From a bacterium (GTDB lineage: Bacteria > SZUA-182 > DTGQ01), in contig JAILZY010000008.1 of assembly GCA_023512255.1 (NCBI GenBank), positions 3,508 to 67,507 on the forward strand: a DNA stretch of 64,000 bases, written 5' to 3'. This document shows, one piece after another, positions 26,920 to 35,281 of the stretch (its first letter is position 1; each line of letters starts with the position of its first letter). A program made the translations under genes and the position numbers. The notes under the pieces are model-generated. The model had not been told where the DNA came from and did no database searches. It worked only from the letters and a program-made list of their open reading frames with translations.

Positions 26920-28533
26920 CTAGAAGACTACCTCTTGGGTGCAGTTTGGGCAGACAAAGACATCGGACCAGACGGTATAGTTGATTTTTCCCAGTGGAGC
27001 CGGCTTCCAGCCGGCTGAAACCAATTCTTTTGCTACATACCGCCATTCATAATCCAGCGGCCGCCTTACCAGGCCAGCTTTGACCGGGTTATGGTTTACA
27101 TAAGCCAGTGTGGCCATCAGTTCTTTGCTATCGCGGATGATTCGATCATAGCTTTCCGTCTGCCATACTGTAGTCCCAGTTTTTTGCTCCAATTTATTCA
27201 CTTCATTGGCTGAATAGCTTTTAACACTGTGAAGAATCTCAGATAGATCCCAGGGTGCGTCTTTTTGTTTTTCGAGAGGTTTGGCCACGATATGAACATG
27301 ATCTGGCATAACCACCGCAGTGAACACCTTCCAGCGCTTTTGATCCCAGAATAAAATCGCATCCAGAACAATTTTCCTGGCTGGTTCACTGAGAACGCGC
27401 AGGTCGTGTGTTCTGAATGTAACAAAATAAGTGGCCCCGGGAACCTGGATGTGGGGTAGGTTATCTTTTCTGAAGGTTGATTCGTTTGTCTGAAATGGAT
27501 TGCAGGGCTCGAAGTTTATTGCTGATATAAGCCTGCTGGAAGCAGGCTCTACATGCAGGGTCTCATACATCCAGCCGCATTCGGCTTCCACTTCCTTCAG
27601 GATGCGCCTGGCTTCACGCTCAAAGGCCACGACATCCACCGGGGTGTTGTAGTTATAGGCGATGAAGGTGGCAGCAGGCGACAGGTCATTCAAGACAGCC
27701 CGCCGCGCGCCAAGTTTCGAAAATGGTTTCCAGATGGTTTTGCCGCTCTCTTCGGTTTCCTTCTGATAGATCACCCCGTCCTTATCCACCCGGTAGCCCA
27801 GCGCCTCGACCGCTGCTTTATCCCCGCACATCTGCGCTGCTACGCCGGTCATCCCTGTCCCGCAGAAGCCGTCGAAAACGATATCCCCAGGCTCGGTGTA
27901 ATGCAGGATGTAGCGCATTACGGCCTTGTGCGGCACCTTAGTGTGGTAGGAGTGGGCATTGTAGATCGGATCGTTCTTGCCCTCGCTCACATCCGCGGCA
28001 AAGGGCTCGCGGTGATAGGGTTTATCCACAAAGGCACACGAAGCCCCACCAAGAGATTTCTCTTGTTCGTACATCTTCGTGTCCTTCGTGGATTCCCAAT
28101 ACCTTACCATGTCGGCGATGAAGGGATTGGGGCAGGCGGTGTAGTAGGGTGGGTCGGATAGTGCCAGGATGTCCTCGTCGCTGCCGTGCGGGAAGCCGAC
28201 CTCGTCCTTGTAAAGGCTGAGGAGGTCTCGGGGCACGGGTCGTGAGTCGCGGGTCGATGATGCAGCGTGGGCGATGCGTCCTGCCAGGTAGCGGATTTGC
28301 TCGTCATTGCCCAGCAGCCAATGCTCGAGGGATTTCAGCCGCTGGTAAGTATCTTCGAGACTCGTAAAGGGGACGGAAAGCTTTTCTCGCATCTCCTGCA
28401 AGCCTGCTCGCAAAATGCCGAGAAAAGCTTTCTGCCGCTCTTCGTCGTTCGGGAACGTTAGCCCCAAGCAGGTCACGGGTTTATGGTGTTTGATTTCTGG
28501 TTTCTCGTTGTCGAATAGGATGTCCATGTTCAT
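26920..28533 (-). CDS. DNA methyltransferase N-terminal module fused in-frame to an IS200/IS605-type Y1 HUH transposase domain, piece 1
   Basis: Methyltransferase motifs SDPPYY (aa 127-132) and FDGFCGTGMTG (aa 220-230). Y1 transposase domain at aa ~362-495 with HUH motif PDHVHIV and catalytic-Tyr motif VWQTESYDRIIRD. C-terminal CPNC half zinc ribbon, then TAG. Confidence 0.75.
   Translation of the reverse strand: MNMDILFDNEKPEIKHHKPVTCLGLTFPNDEERQKAFLGILRAGLQEMREKLSVPFTSLEDTYQRLKSLEHWLLGNDEQIRYLAGRIAHAASSTRDSRPVPRDLLSLYKDEVGFPHGSDEDILALSDPPYYTACPNPFIADMVRYWESTKDTKMYEQEKSLGGASCAFVDKPYHREPFAADVSEGKNDPIYNAHSYHTKVPHKAVMRYILHYTEPGDIVFDGFCGTGMTGVAAQMCGDKAAVEALGYRVDKDGVIYQKETEESGKTIWKPFSKLGARRAVLNDLSPAATFIAYNYNTPVDVVAFEREARRILKEVEAECGWMYETLHVEPASSRLISAINFEPCNPFQTNESTFRKDNLPHIQVPGATYFVTFRTHDLRVLSEPARKIVLDAILFWDQKRWKVFTAVVMPDHVHIVAKPLEKQKDAPWDLSEILHSVKSYSANEVNKLEQKTGTTVWQTESYDRIIRDSKELMATLAYVNHNPVKAGLVRRPLDYEWRYVAKELVSAGWKPAPLGKINYTVWSDVFVCPNCTQEVVF
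27049..27450 (-). other. embedded IS200/IS605-family Y1 (HUH) transposase-like domain within the methyltransferase ORF
   Basis: GATYFVTFRT...PDHVHIV...TVWQTESYDRIIRD...HNPVKAGLV carries all hallmark motifs of TnpA(IS200)/RAYT. Confidence 0.7.
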
Positions 28534-29072
28534 TCCGTCCCTGGCGTAACAATTAAAAAATCGTGAACTGGATATCGTCTGTATTCTGGGTGATCCGGCG
28601 TCGCATAGACCAAATAGAGTGATGAGGACTGAGTGATTAGTGCTGAGTCTTCGGACGTCTCTGACTCAGTCCTCAGTCCTCGTGCCTCAGTCCTGATTTT
28701 GCCGCTCCAAGCCGCGACCACCGTCTTGTTCCGCGAGAGCCTCTGCAGAAGCCGCAACGGGTCCTGCTTGAGAGAGACATCGAAGAGGACCTCGATGTTG
28801 TCCAGCAAAACCACATCGGCTGCGGATGCGCCCACGATATCTGCAAGGAGGCGGGGCAACTGCAAGGCCCGCTGGCGCTCGGTGAGGTCGAGCATTCGCC
28901 GGGAAAGCTCGAGGTTGACGTTGACCAGAGGAGCCGCCGTGCGCTCATGGACATCCTGGAGAGCGGCGGTCTTGCCCGCACCAGCCGGGGCCACCAACAT
29001 GACAAGCCGGTGGTACAGCTCGGCAGCCTGGCCAATTCTCTTTATGACTCTATCGGCGAGTGGCTCCGCCAT
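28530..29072 (-). CDS. P-loop NTPase, BrxF-like (BREX type 3)
   Basis: Walker A LVAPAGAGKTAAL. Small size and first position in the cluster fit BrxF. The likely start is MAEPLADR at 29072; the track ORF extends to 29132. The C-terminus carries an in-frame repeat-element insertion. Confidence 0.5.
   Translation of the reverse strand: MAEPLADRVIKRIGQAAELYHRLVMLVAPAGAGKTAALQDVHERTAAPLVNVNLELSRRMLDLTERQRALQLPRLLADIVGASAADVVLLDNIEVLFDVSLKQDPLRLLQRLSRNKTVVAAWSGKIRTEARGLRTESETSEDSALITQSSSLYLVYATPDHPEYRRYPVHDFLIVTPGTE
28617..28696. repeat. second copy of the same palindromic heptad element, in-frame near the C-terminus of the BrxF-like gene
   Basis: Shares GATGAGGACTGAGTG...ACTCAGTCCTCAGTCCTCGTGCCTCAGTCCTG with the copy at 23714-23790. 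Encodes IRTEARGLRTESETSEDSALITQSSSL. Confidence 0.7.
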
Positions 29073-29097
29073 TAGCGATCTCTCTTCCCGAACCAAG

Positions 29098-29241
29098 CTA
29101 ATTCGCCCGCGTTTTTTCAAGCCAATGGTCAATGGCTCCTTTCTGGAAACGCCAGTGTCGGCCGATTCTCTGGGAGAGGATCTTGGCTTCCCGAACGAGC
29201 TTGTAGAGTGTTGACTTCGGCATTTTCAGGTAGGCGGCCAA
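29098..29241 (-). CDS. small excisionase/AlpA-family HTH DNA-binding protein
   Basis: Found by manual translation; not in the ORF track because under 60 aa. LSIEELAAYLKMPKSTLYKLVREAKILSQRIGRHWRFQKGAIDHWLE matches the excisionase-family HTH consensus. The start codon is uncertain: TTG at 29241 or ATG at 29223. Confidence 0.5.
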   Translation of the reverse strand: MAAYLKMPKSTLYKLVREAKILSQRIGRHWRFQKGAIDHWLEKTRAN

Positions 29242-30031
29242 CTCTTCGATGCTCAGTACATCACCTGGTTTTTTTCATCCATCAAGCGCATCTTTCTGGT
29301 CTTAACAAGCTCATCTTTCTGGTCTTAAGGCAAAGTTCGACCCAGCATGCCTCATATCAAGCTCATAATTTAAAGTTATTGGTAGTTGATGTCAAGCGCT
29401 TTTGAAGCGCAGAGGGGCCTAAACCCAACATTTGTGACACCAAGGGCACTAAGAGTTTAACCCTCTTCACCAAGATGTTCCCCATCTTTAAATTTGAAGG
29501 ACGATTTACTACCTCCTCCCTTAAACTTTAATAAATTATGAGAACATGGTTAATATTTAGTTTAACACTTTTTTCCGATAAAGTCTATTTTTCAAGGCAG
29601 ACATAAAAAGGGGGAGGAGCCGGAAAGAGGAGGGCTAGGCTTTGTGGTCATTACCTTTTTTGTTCATTACTCTTCCGGCTCTCTCCCAAGGGGAAGTAGG
29701 GAAGCGCTCCGTGCAGGGGAAAAGTTATTTGGGCAAGGGACGATCCTTGTGATCGTCCCATTTCAAGCGCACCCTGCAGGGGAAAAAAGAGCTATCTTTG
29801 ATCCTCATTTAAGAGGATCTTTGAGATGAGCGAGCTAATGTTATCTTATCCGAAATTATCATCCCCTCGGAATCCCCTGATGGTCCCGCACTGTGTGGGT
29901 GGACTGTGGCTTACTGCTTCCGGTGTCTGCTCTTAGGCCTAATATTCCTCCCTACCTAGAGATCCCGAGGGGTAGCATCTGAAATAACTATCGCTGCTCA
30001 TTATTCGGATTCTAAAAAATCCTCAACCCGG

Positions 30032-30391
30032 TCAATTTCGCAACTTCCGGCACCTGATTCGACAGCCAGGCATGACCATTGTCGGATTAGGTAAATCTCC
30101 CGCCAGATAAGCCGAGATGACCTCCTCCACATTTCCAGCAATGAAAGATATTATCTTGATCCCATATGCAGTCAGTAAATTGGCCAGGGGTTTGGAAATA
30201 GCTCCACAGAGCAGCGTTTCCACCCCCATCTCGGATAATCTGGCTGCCCTTCTTACCGGGTCATGCTCATCCAACCTCTGGCTACTTTTGGCAACAATAG
30301 TTCCGTTTTCGATATCTAAAAGGAGAATCTGCCGGGAGACATCAAACACCGGCGAAATCCTCCCATTCCAAATTGCTAAGGCTGTTCTCAT
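30032..30391 (-). CDS. dinitrogenase FeMo-cofactor-binding domain protein (NifX/NifB-C-terminal-like)
   Basis: MRTALAIWNGRISPVFD...LLCGAIS...GIKII matches the Nitro_FeMo-Co family. The track ORF extends upstream to 30568, but the domain starts at the Met near 30391. Confidence 0.6.
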   Translation of the reverse strand: MRTALAIWNGRISPVFDVSRQILLLDIENGTIVAKSSQRLDEHDPVRRAARLSEMGVETLLCGAISKPLANLLTAYGIKIISFIAGNVEEVISAYLAGDLPNPTMVMPGCRIRCRKLRN

Positions 30392-30648
30392 AGGGAACAT
30401 TTTTCTCCGATTTGATGCTTTCTTAATATGAGTAATAAGCATCCGATATGCCATCTGAGGAAGAATAAAGGTACAAGGAGAGATAAAGCAGTCAAATAAA
30501 CGACTTGTCGTTTTGGCAGATGGCAGCCGCCACCTTATTGAGTAGCAGAAAAGCAACTTTATAGACAAAATGAAGTCGCTTTTTTGCTCCTATTCCTACT
30601 AATGGCTGGGCAACCGTCTCTTGTCTGTTTTTTTCAGTCTGTTCTTTT

Positions 30649-32127
30649 TCAGCCGCGATAGCGTCCGTCTCTTTCAGGCAGGCTGATGCCAAGGGACTTG
30701 ATCTTGCGAAACAGGGTACTTTTGTGGATGCCGAGCTCCCGGGCTGTGGCCAGGCGGTTAAAGTGGTTTCGCTGGAGCGCTTGGCGAATTGTCTGAGCCT
30801 CTACTGCCCTGATGGCGGTAGCTATTTCACCACTCCTAGGAGGCAGCAGATCGCGGGCGACAAATTCATCCGGCAGGTGGCAAGGCTCGATCAGGCCCTG
30901 GTTACAGAGAACAAAGGCATATTCGATAATATTTTCCAGCTCCCGGATATTGCCAGGATAGTCATAGGCCATGAGAAAGGCCATAACCTGTGAGCTGACG
31001 CCGGAGATGGATTTGCCTTGCGTGCGGTTGAACCGAGATATGAAATGATCAACCAGAAGGGGAATATCCTCCTTGCGTTTTCGCAGAGGCGGAAGCTCCA
31101 TTCTGACCACGTTGATCCGATAGTACAAATCCTGGCGAAACAGTCCCTTTTTAACCTGGACCTCGAGATTGCGGTTAGTGGCGGCGATTATTCGCACATT
31201 GGCCTTGATGGATATGGTGCCGCCAAGCGGTTCATAGACTCTTTCCTGTAAAACCCGCAGCAGCCGAACCTGTAAGGCTGGGCTCACTTCGGCAATTTCA
31301 TCAAGAAACATGGTCCCACCTTCGGCCAGGGCAAATCGGCCTGGCTTATCCCTATCCGCACCAGTGAAAGCACCTGCCTTATAGCCAAAGAGCTCTGATT
31401 CCAGTAAGGTATCAGGCAGAGCCCCACAGTTTATGGCTATAAAGGGTTTGATAGCCCGCGGGCTGAGGTTATGCAAGGTGCGGGCTAGCAATTCCTTGCC
31501 TGTTCCGGTCTCACCCTGGATAAGTACAGTGCTGTCACTGGCAGCCACCTGGGGCAAGACATCGAATATGCGGCGCATTGAGGCGCTTCGGCTCACCAGA
31601 TCGCCTGCCTGAAAGCGGCCCTCAAGCTCTTTGCGAAGCTCCTCAACCAGGCTCAAATCACGAAAGGTTTCTGCTCCACCGATAACCTGTCCCTTTTCAT
31701 TTCGCAAAAGAGCCGTAGATAAACTGATGGGAATGCGCCTTCCCCGAGCATCGACAATAAAGGCAGATCTATTGATGATCGGCGCTCCTGTCTCTAGGGT
31801 ACAGCGCAAAGCGCAATCCACCTCACACATGCTGGAGCGAAAGACCTCAGAACATAGCCTGCCAATGGCTTCCCGGCGGTCAATGCCCATGATTTCCTCT
31901 GCAGCCCGATTAAAGGAGGTGATTCGCCACTCTCTGTCTACGGTAAATACACCGTCTGAAATACTTTCTAGGATGATTTTCGTCGGGTTGGAAGCAGAAA
32001 ATGGCAATCTTGGTTCATTATTCTCGGCTGTCTTTTTCATAATCTTATGATATTTGATATTTTTTAAAAATCTACACTTTTGCAGAACTCTCCCCATGCC
32101 TTGAACTTCTTGAAAATTATCTTTCAT
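30649..32127 (-). CDS. sigma-54-dependent transcriptional activator (PAS + AAA+ + HTH)
   Basis: GETGTGKELLARTLH Walker A; GAFTGA loop; C-terminal Fis-type HTH. The true start may be the Met at about 32040. Confidence 0.85.
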   Translation of the reverse strand: MKDNFQEVQGMGRVLQKCRFLKNIKYHKIMKKTAENNEPRLPFSASNPTKIILESISDGVFTVDREWRITSFNRAAEEIMGIDRREAIGRLCSEVFRSSMCEVDCALRCTLETGAPIINRSAFIVDARGRRIPISLSTALLRNEKGQVIGGAETFRDLSLVEELRKELEGRFQAGDLVSRSASMRRIFDVLPQVAASDSTVLIQGETGTGKELLARTLHNLSPRAIKPFIAINCGALPDTLLESELFGYKAGAFTGADRDKPGRFALAEGGTMFLDEIAEVSPALQVRLLRVLQERVYEPLGGTISIKANVRIIAATNRNLEVQVKKGLFRQDLYYRINVVRMELPPLRKRKEDIPLLVDHFISRFNRTQGKSISGVSSQVMAFLMAYDYPGNIRELENIIEYAFVLCNQGLIEPCHLPDEFVARDLLPPRSGEIATAIRAVEAQTIRQALQRNHFNRLATARELGIHKSTLFRKIKSLGISLPERDGRYRG

Positions 32128-32292
32128 ACCAAACCCACTAAAATCAAGGGTTCAGAGAAAAAGTGCAAAAGTATAGTAAAAATCTTTACGCTTTTATTTA
32201 TTAGCTACCATTGAGAGACATAACCCTAATAAGAGCCTAAACCCCTTCATCTGATATAGGGTTTATGGTGTCTGATATATAAGAGCGAATCT

Positions 32293-33228
32293 TTAAGCCC
32301 TAAAGAGAAAGAAACGCCGGATCTGTTTCCACAGTTTTTTCCTCCTGATCTCCCCGATAGCCTCTCGGGCTGCCCCCTCTCCCTCACGGATACATTCTTT
32401 GGCCCGGGAAAAGTCAGCCCAATTAACCTCACCCACCTTAGGGCAAATCAGGACATCAGCCTCCTTAAGTTGATGATTCCGAAGATAAAACAGGGTAATA
32501 TCATAGGAGCGTATAATCACCTCAAGACCGCTTTTGAGCGGCTTTAGAGGAGCTAAGCGGCTCTTGCCTACATTGCAGGCGATAACCAAATCCGCTCCCA
32601 GCCGTCGTGCCGCCTGGATGGGCACAAGGCTGACGCAGCCTCCATCAACCAGGATCTTGCCGTCAATGCAGACTGGCGGCATAACCGACGGTATGGCACA
32701 AGAGGCAGCCACAGCCTCTCTAATCAGCCCACGGCTCAGGATGGCCTCAGTACCTGAGCCGATATCAGTGGCTATCAGGTAGAGCGGGATACGACTCTCA
32801 TGAAATTTAGAGTCGCCAAAAAGATAGCGGCTGTTCTCACGGACAATATCAGGAGAAATAAACGACAGCCGAGTCAATGACCGACTCAAGAAAATACCCT
32901 TTTCCAGAAAACCAGTAGGGATAAGTGGCAAGAGCCACCTTCTGGACCGATTGCTATTTTCTTTGGCCTTATCCTGATGAAAAGAATCTATACGCAGTTT
33001 TCTAAACGGTTCACTCTCAAGGTACTCCAGGACCCTCTTCTCCAGTCTTTCAGCCCTTGGATCAAGAGCATAAAGCCCGCCGATAATGGCACCGATGCTG
33101 GTGCCAACAATCAGATCAACTTTAATCTTCTCTTCTTCCAGCACCTTGAGGACCCCGATATGGGCTAAGCCGCGGGCTGCTCCCCCTCCCAGGGCTAGTG
33201 CAATTTTTATTGCCATCGGTAAGCTCAC
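32293..33228 (-). CDS. patatin-like phospholipase
   Basis: Oxyanion GGGAARG; nucleophile GTSIG; DGG catalytic Asp motif. Confidence 0.8.
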   Translation of the reverse strand: MSLPMAIKIALALGGGAARGLAHIGVLKVLEEEKIKVDLIVGTSIGAIIGGLYALDPRAERLEKRVLEYLESEPFRKLRIDSFHQDKAKENSNRSRRWLLPLIPTGFLEKGIFLSRSLTRLSFISPDIVRENSRYLFGDSKFHESRIPLYLIATDIGSGTEAILSRGLIREAVAASCAIPSVMPPVCIDGKILVDGGCVSLVPIQAARRLGADLVIACNVGKSRLAPLKPLKSGLEVIIRSYDITLFYLRNHQLKEADVLICPKVGEVNWADFSRAKECIREGEGAAREAIGEIRRKKLWKQIRRFFLFRA

Positions 33229-33253
33229 GGTTGCGCTAGTATTCTGCTTGCGC

Positions 33254-33589
33254 TCAAATCGCCCTCTTCAGCTTTTTTTCCCGGTCAATACGGATTACCT
33301 GCTCCCGGACCACTTCGGGCGGTGAGCAGGATAAAAAGATTTTTAAACCAACTATCAAGGCAATAAGGTCATCAAATCCCCCGATCACGGGCAGGAGAAA
33401 ATCTGGCACCAAATCAATCGGGCTGATGATATAGAGGAAAATTCCGATCAAAAATAATTTTAGGTAAACAGGAACGCGACTGTCTAGAAAAAGACGAAAG
33501 AAGAGCTTGAGAAAATCGGGCACATGCCACAGGAGTCGAAAAAAGTGTAAAGGGTTTAGTAACTTCAAACCAAAGGGGTTTTCTAACAT
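33254..33589 (-). CDS. DUF1232/YkvA-family membrane protein
   Basis: DLVPDFLLPVIGGFDDLIALIVGLK motif. Confidence 0.55.
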   Translation of the reverse strand: MLENPFGLKLLNPLHFFRLLWHVPDFLKLFFRLFLDSRVPVYLKLFLIGIFLYIISPIDLVPDFLLPVIGGFDDLIALIVGLKIFLSCSPPEVVREQVIRIDREKKLKRAI

Positions 33590-33622
33590 CTTTTTTCCCT
33601 TCTCCCCTAAATCCTGCGAATT

Positions 33623-34966
33623 TTAACTGCCCTCATCAAGCTGACTGCCAATATATTGCCGTATCTCTTCTCTCCCTTCAAGATGGGGATAACTTTTCAG
33701 ATAAAGATTCCACCAGTGAGCAGCCTGCTCCCTTTGTCCTAACTTTTCATAGACCATGGCTAGAGCTGCCTGACATTCAGGATAATCAGGGTTGATGGCC
33801 AGTGCCTGGTTAAACTCCCCTACTGCCTCTTCGATATTCCCCTTCTCGGCATAAAGAGTTCCCAGATAGTAATGCAGATCCGCATAGTGAGGTTGGGCAG
33901 CAATGGCCCGATGCAGCGTGTCGATGCTTTGATCCAGCGCCCCTGTTTTCAGATAGGTCAGGGCCAGGCCGATCATGGCTTGAATATAGCCTGGGTTAAT
34001 CTTGAGAGCTTGCAAAAAGCTTTCAATAGCTTGCTGATTAAGTCTCTTTTTGGCATAATACATCCCAAGCCGATAGTGAAGATCAGCATAGTTTGGATTA
34101 AGTTGCACGGCCTTTTCGTAAAACAGAATGGTTTTGTAGATAACATCTTCTCCCTCGGCAAGTTTAACCGCAGGGCCAAATGGCCGGGCTATATCAATCG
34201 GTGGTGTGGCAAAAGCTCTTGAAAATTCATCAATTAAATTTTGACAACCGGTTTTTGGATTATTCTGCTGCCCGCTTTGGCAGTGTTGCTCAATGAGAGC
34301 GATCTTTTCCCTAGCATCAAAATAGTGGGGATTGATATCGAGCGCCTGCTGGAATTCCTCTTTAGCTAGATCTAACTGCTGCCAGAGGCCATAGAGGCAG
34401 CCAAGGAGGTAGTGGTAATCAGCATAGCGGGGATTGATTTCTATGGCCTTGCGGTAGCATTCTGCCGCCTCACTAAGCCGGTGAAGTTTAACATAGGTAA
34501 ATCCTAAAAGCGCAAGTGCCGCTGTATAGCTTGGATTTAGCTTTAGTGCTTGGCTAAGTTCCTCTTTCGCTCGGTCAAATTGTTCAAGAAAGCATAAACA
34601 AAGACCAAGATGATAGCGGATATCAGGATAGTGGCCACTGATTTTGGCAGCCGCGGCAAAATACTCTGCTGCCTGCTTATATATTCCCAGATGCTCGTAA
34701 GCGAACCCTAGCTGCAGATATGATTCTTTGAGATAAAAGAGAGAAAGGTTATAAAAAACACCTGCCTTTTGAGGCTGGGAAACAATCTTGCAGAATCCCT
34801 CAATCGCCTGCTCGAAATTTCCCTGCCTATAGTGCTCAACAGCCTTTGAATAGGTACTGTTGTGGCCAAGAAATGGGAGCTTGCCGATAATCTGATTCAT
34901 AGAGCAAACTATAGAGTATCTCAGCCCAAAAGTCAAGGGGAGGGGATTTTGGTTGGAATAAACCAT
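33623..34966 (-). CDS. tetratricopeptide (TPR) repeat protein
   Basis: Repeated A..Y/ALELNP..A.A..L TPR units throughout. Confidence 0.8.
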   Translation of the reverse strand: MVYSNQNPLPLTFGLRYSIVCSMNQIIGKLPFLGHNSTYSKAVEHYRQGNFEQAIEGFCKIVSQPQKAGVFYNLSLFYLKESYLQLGFAYEHLGIYKQAAEYFAAAAKISGHYPDIRYHLGLCLCFLEQFDRAKEELSQALKLNPSYTAALALLGFTYVKLHRLSEAAECYRKAIEINPRYADYHYLLGCLYGLWQQLDLAKEEFQQALDINPHYFDAREKIALIEQHCQSGQQNNPKTGCQNLIDEFSRAFATPPIDIARPFGPAVKLAEGEDVIYKTILFYEKAVQLNPNYADLHYRLGMYYAKKRLNQQAIESFLQALKINPGYIQAMIGLALTYLKTGALDQSIDTLHRAIAAQPHYADLHYYLGTLYAEKGNIEEAVGEFNQALAINPDYPECQAALAMVYEKLGQREQAAHWWNLYLKSYPHLEGREEIRQYIGSQLDEGS

Positions 34967-35281
34967 TTTAGTTGGAAGGAACCCTTATTCAATAAGGGTT
35001 CCAAACTATCCTCCTAAAACTTTAATATTAAAATACTAAAGTTTTAGGAAAGGGGTTAGCTAGGGGAAAACCCTTTTTCAAAAGGGTTTTCCCCTATAAG
35101 AAAACCCCTCTTCTATTATTAAACTTCTATTATTAAAATCAATATGTCTATGGCTAATTTAACATTGTCAAGTTATTTTACTTGATTTTTCCTCCCTTCA
35201 ATATCATTATAATAGAGAGATAACCTTTTCTGCTTAATTAGCCTCATAGCTATAACAATAAGAAATTTATGGGAGGTCAAG

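Noticed and set aside
26920-26922. Possibility that the TAG is a reassigned sense codon (alternative genetic code)
   Set aside because: TAG is used as the apparent stop of gmk (ends ...LLCP-TAG) and other well-delimited genes here, so global recoding is not supported; the TAG was kept as a nonsense or readthrough site.
28633-29214. 193-aa plus-strand ORF antisense to the brxF-like gene
   Set aside because: Ser/Arg-rich low-complexity translation. It overlaps a minus-strand gene that has a Walker A motif and an upstream HTH gene.
29400-30030. tRNA or tmRNA as the island integration target
   Set aside because: No T-loop-like GGTTCRANYCC, acceptor-stem symmetry or tag-peptide reading frame was found by eye; this cannot be excluded without tRNAscan/ARAGORN.
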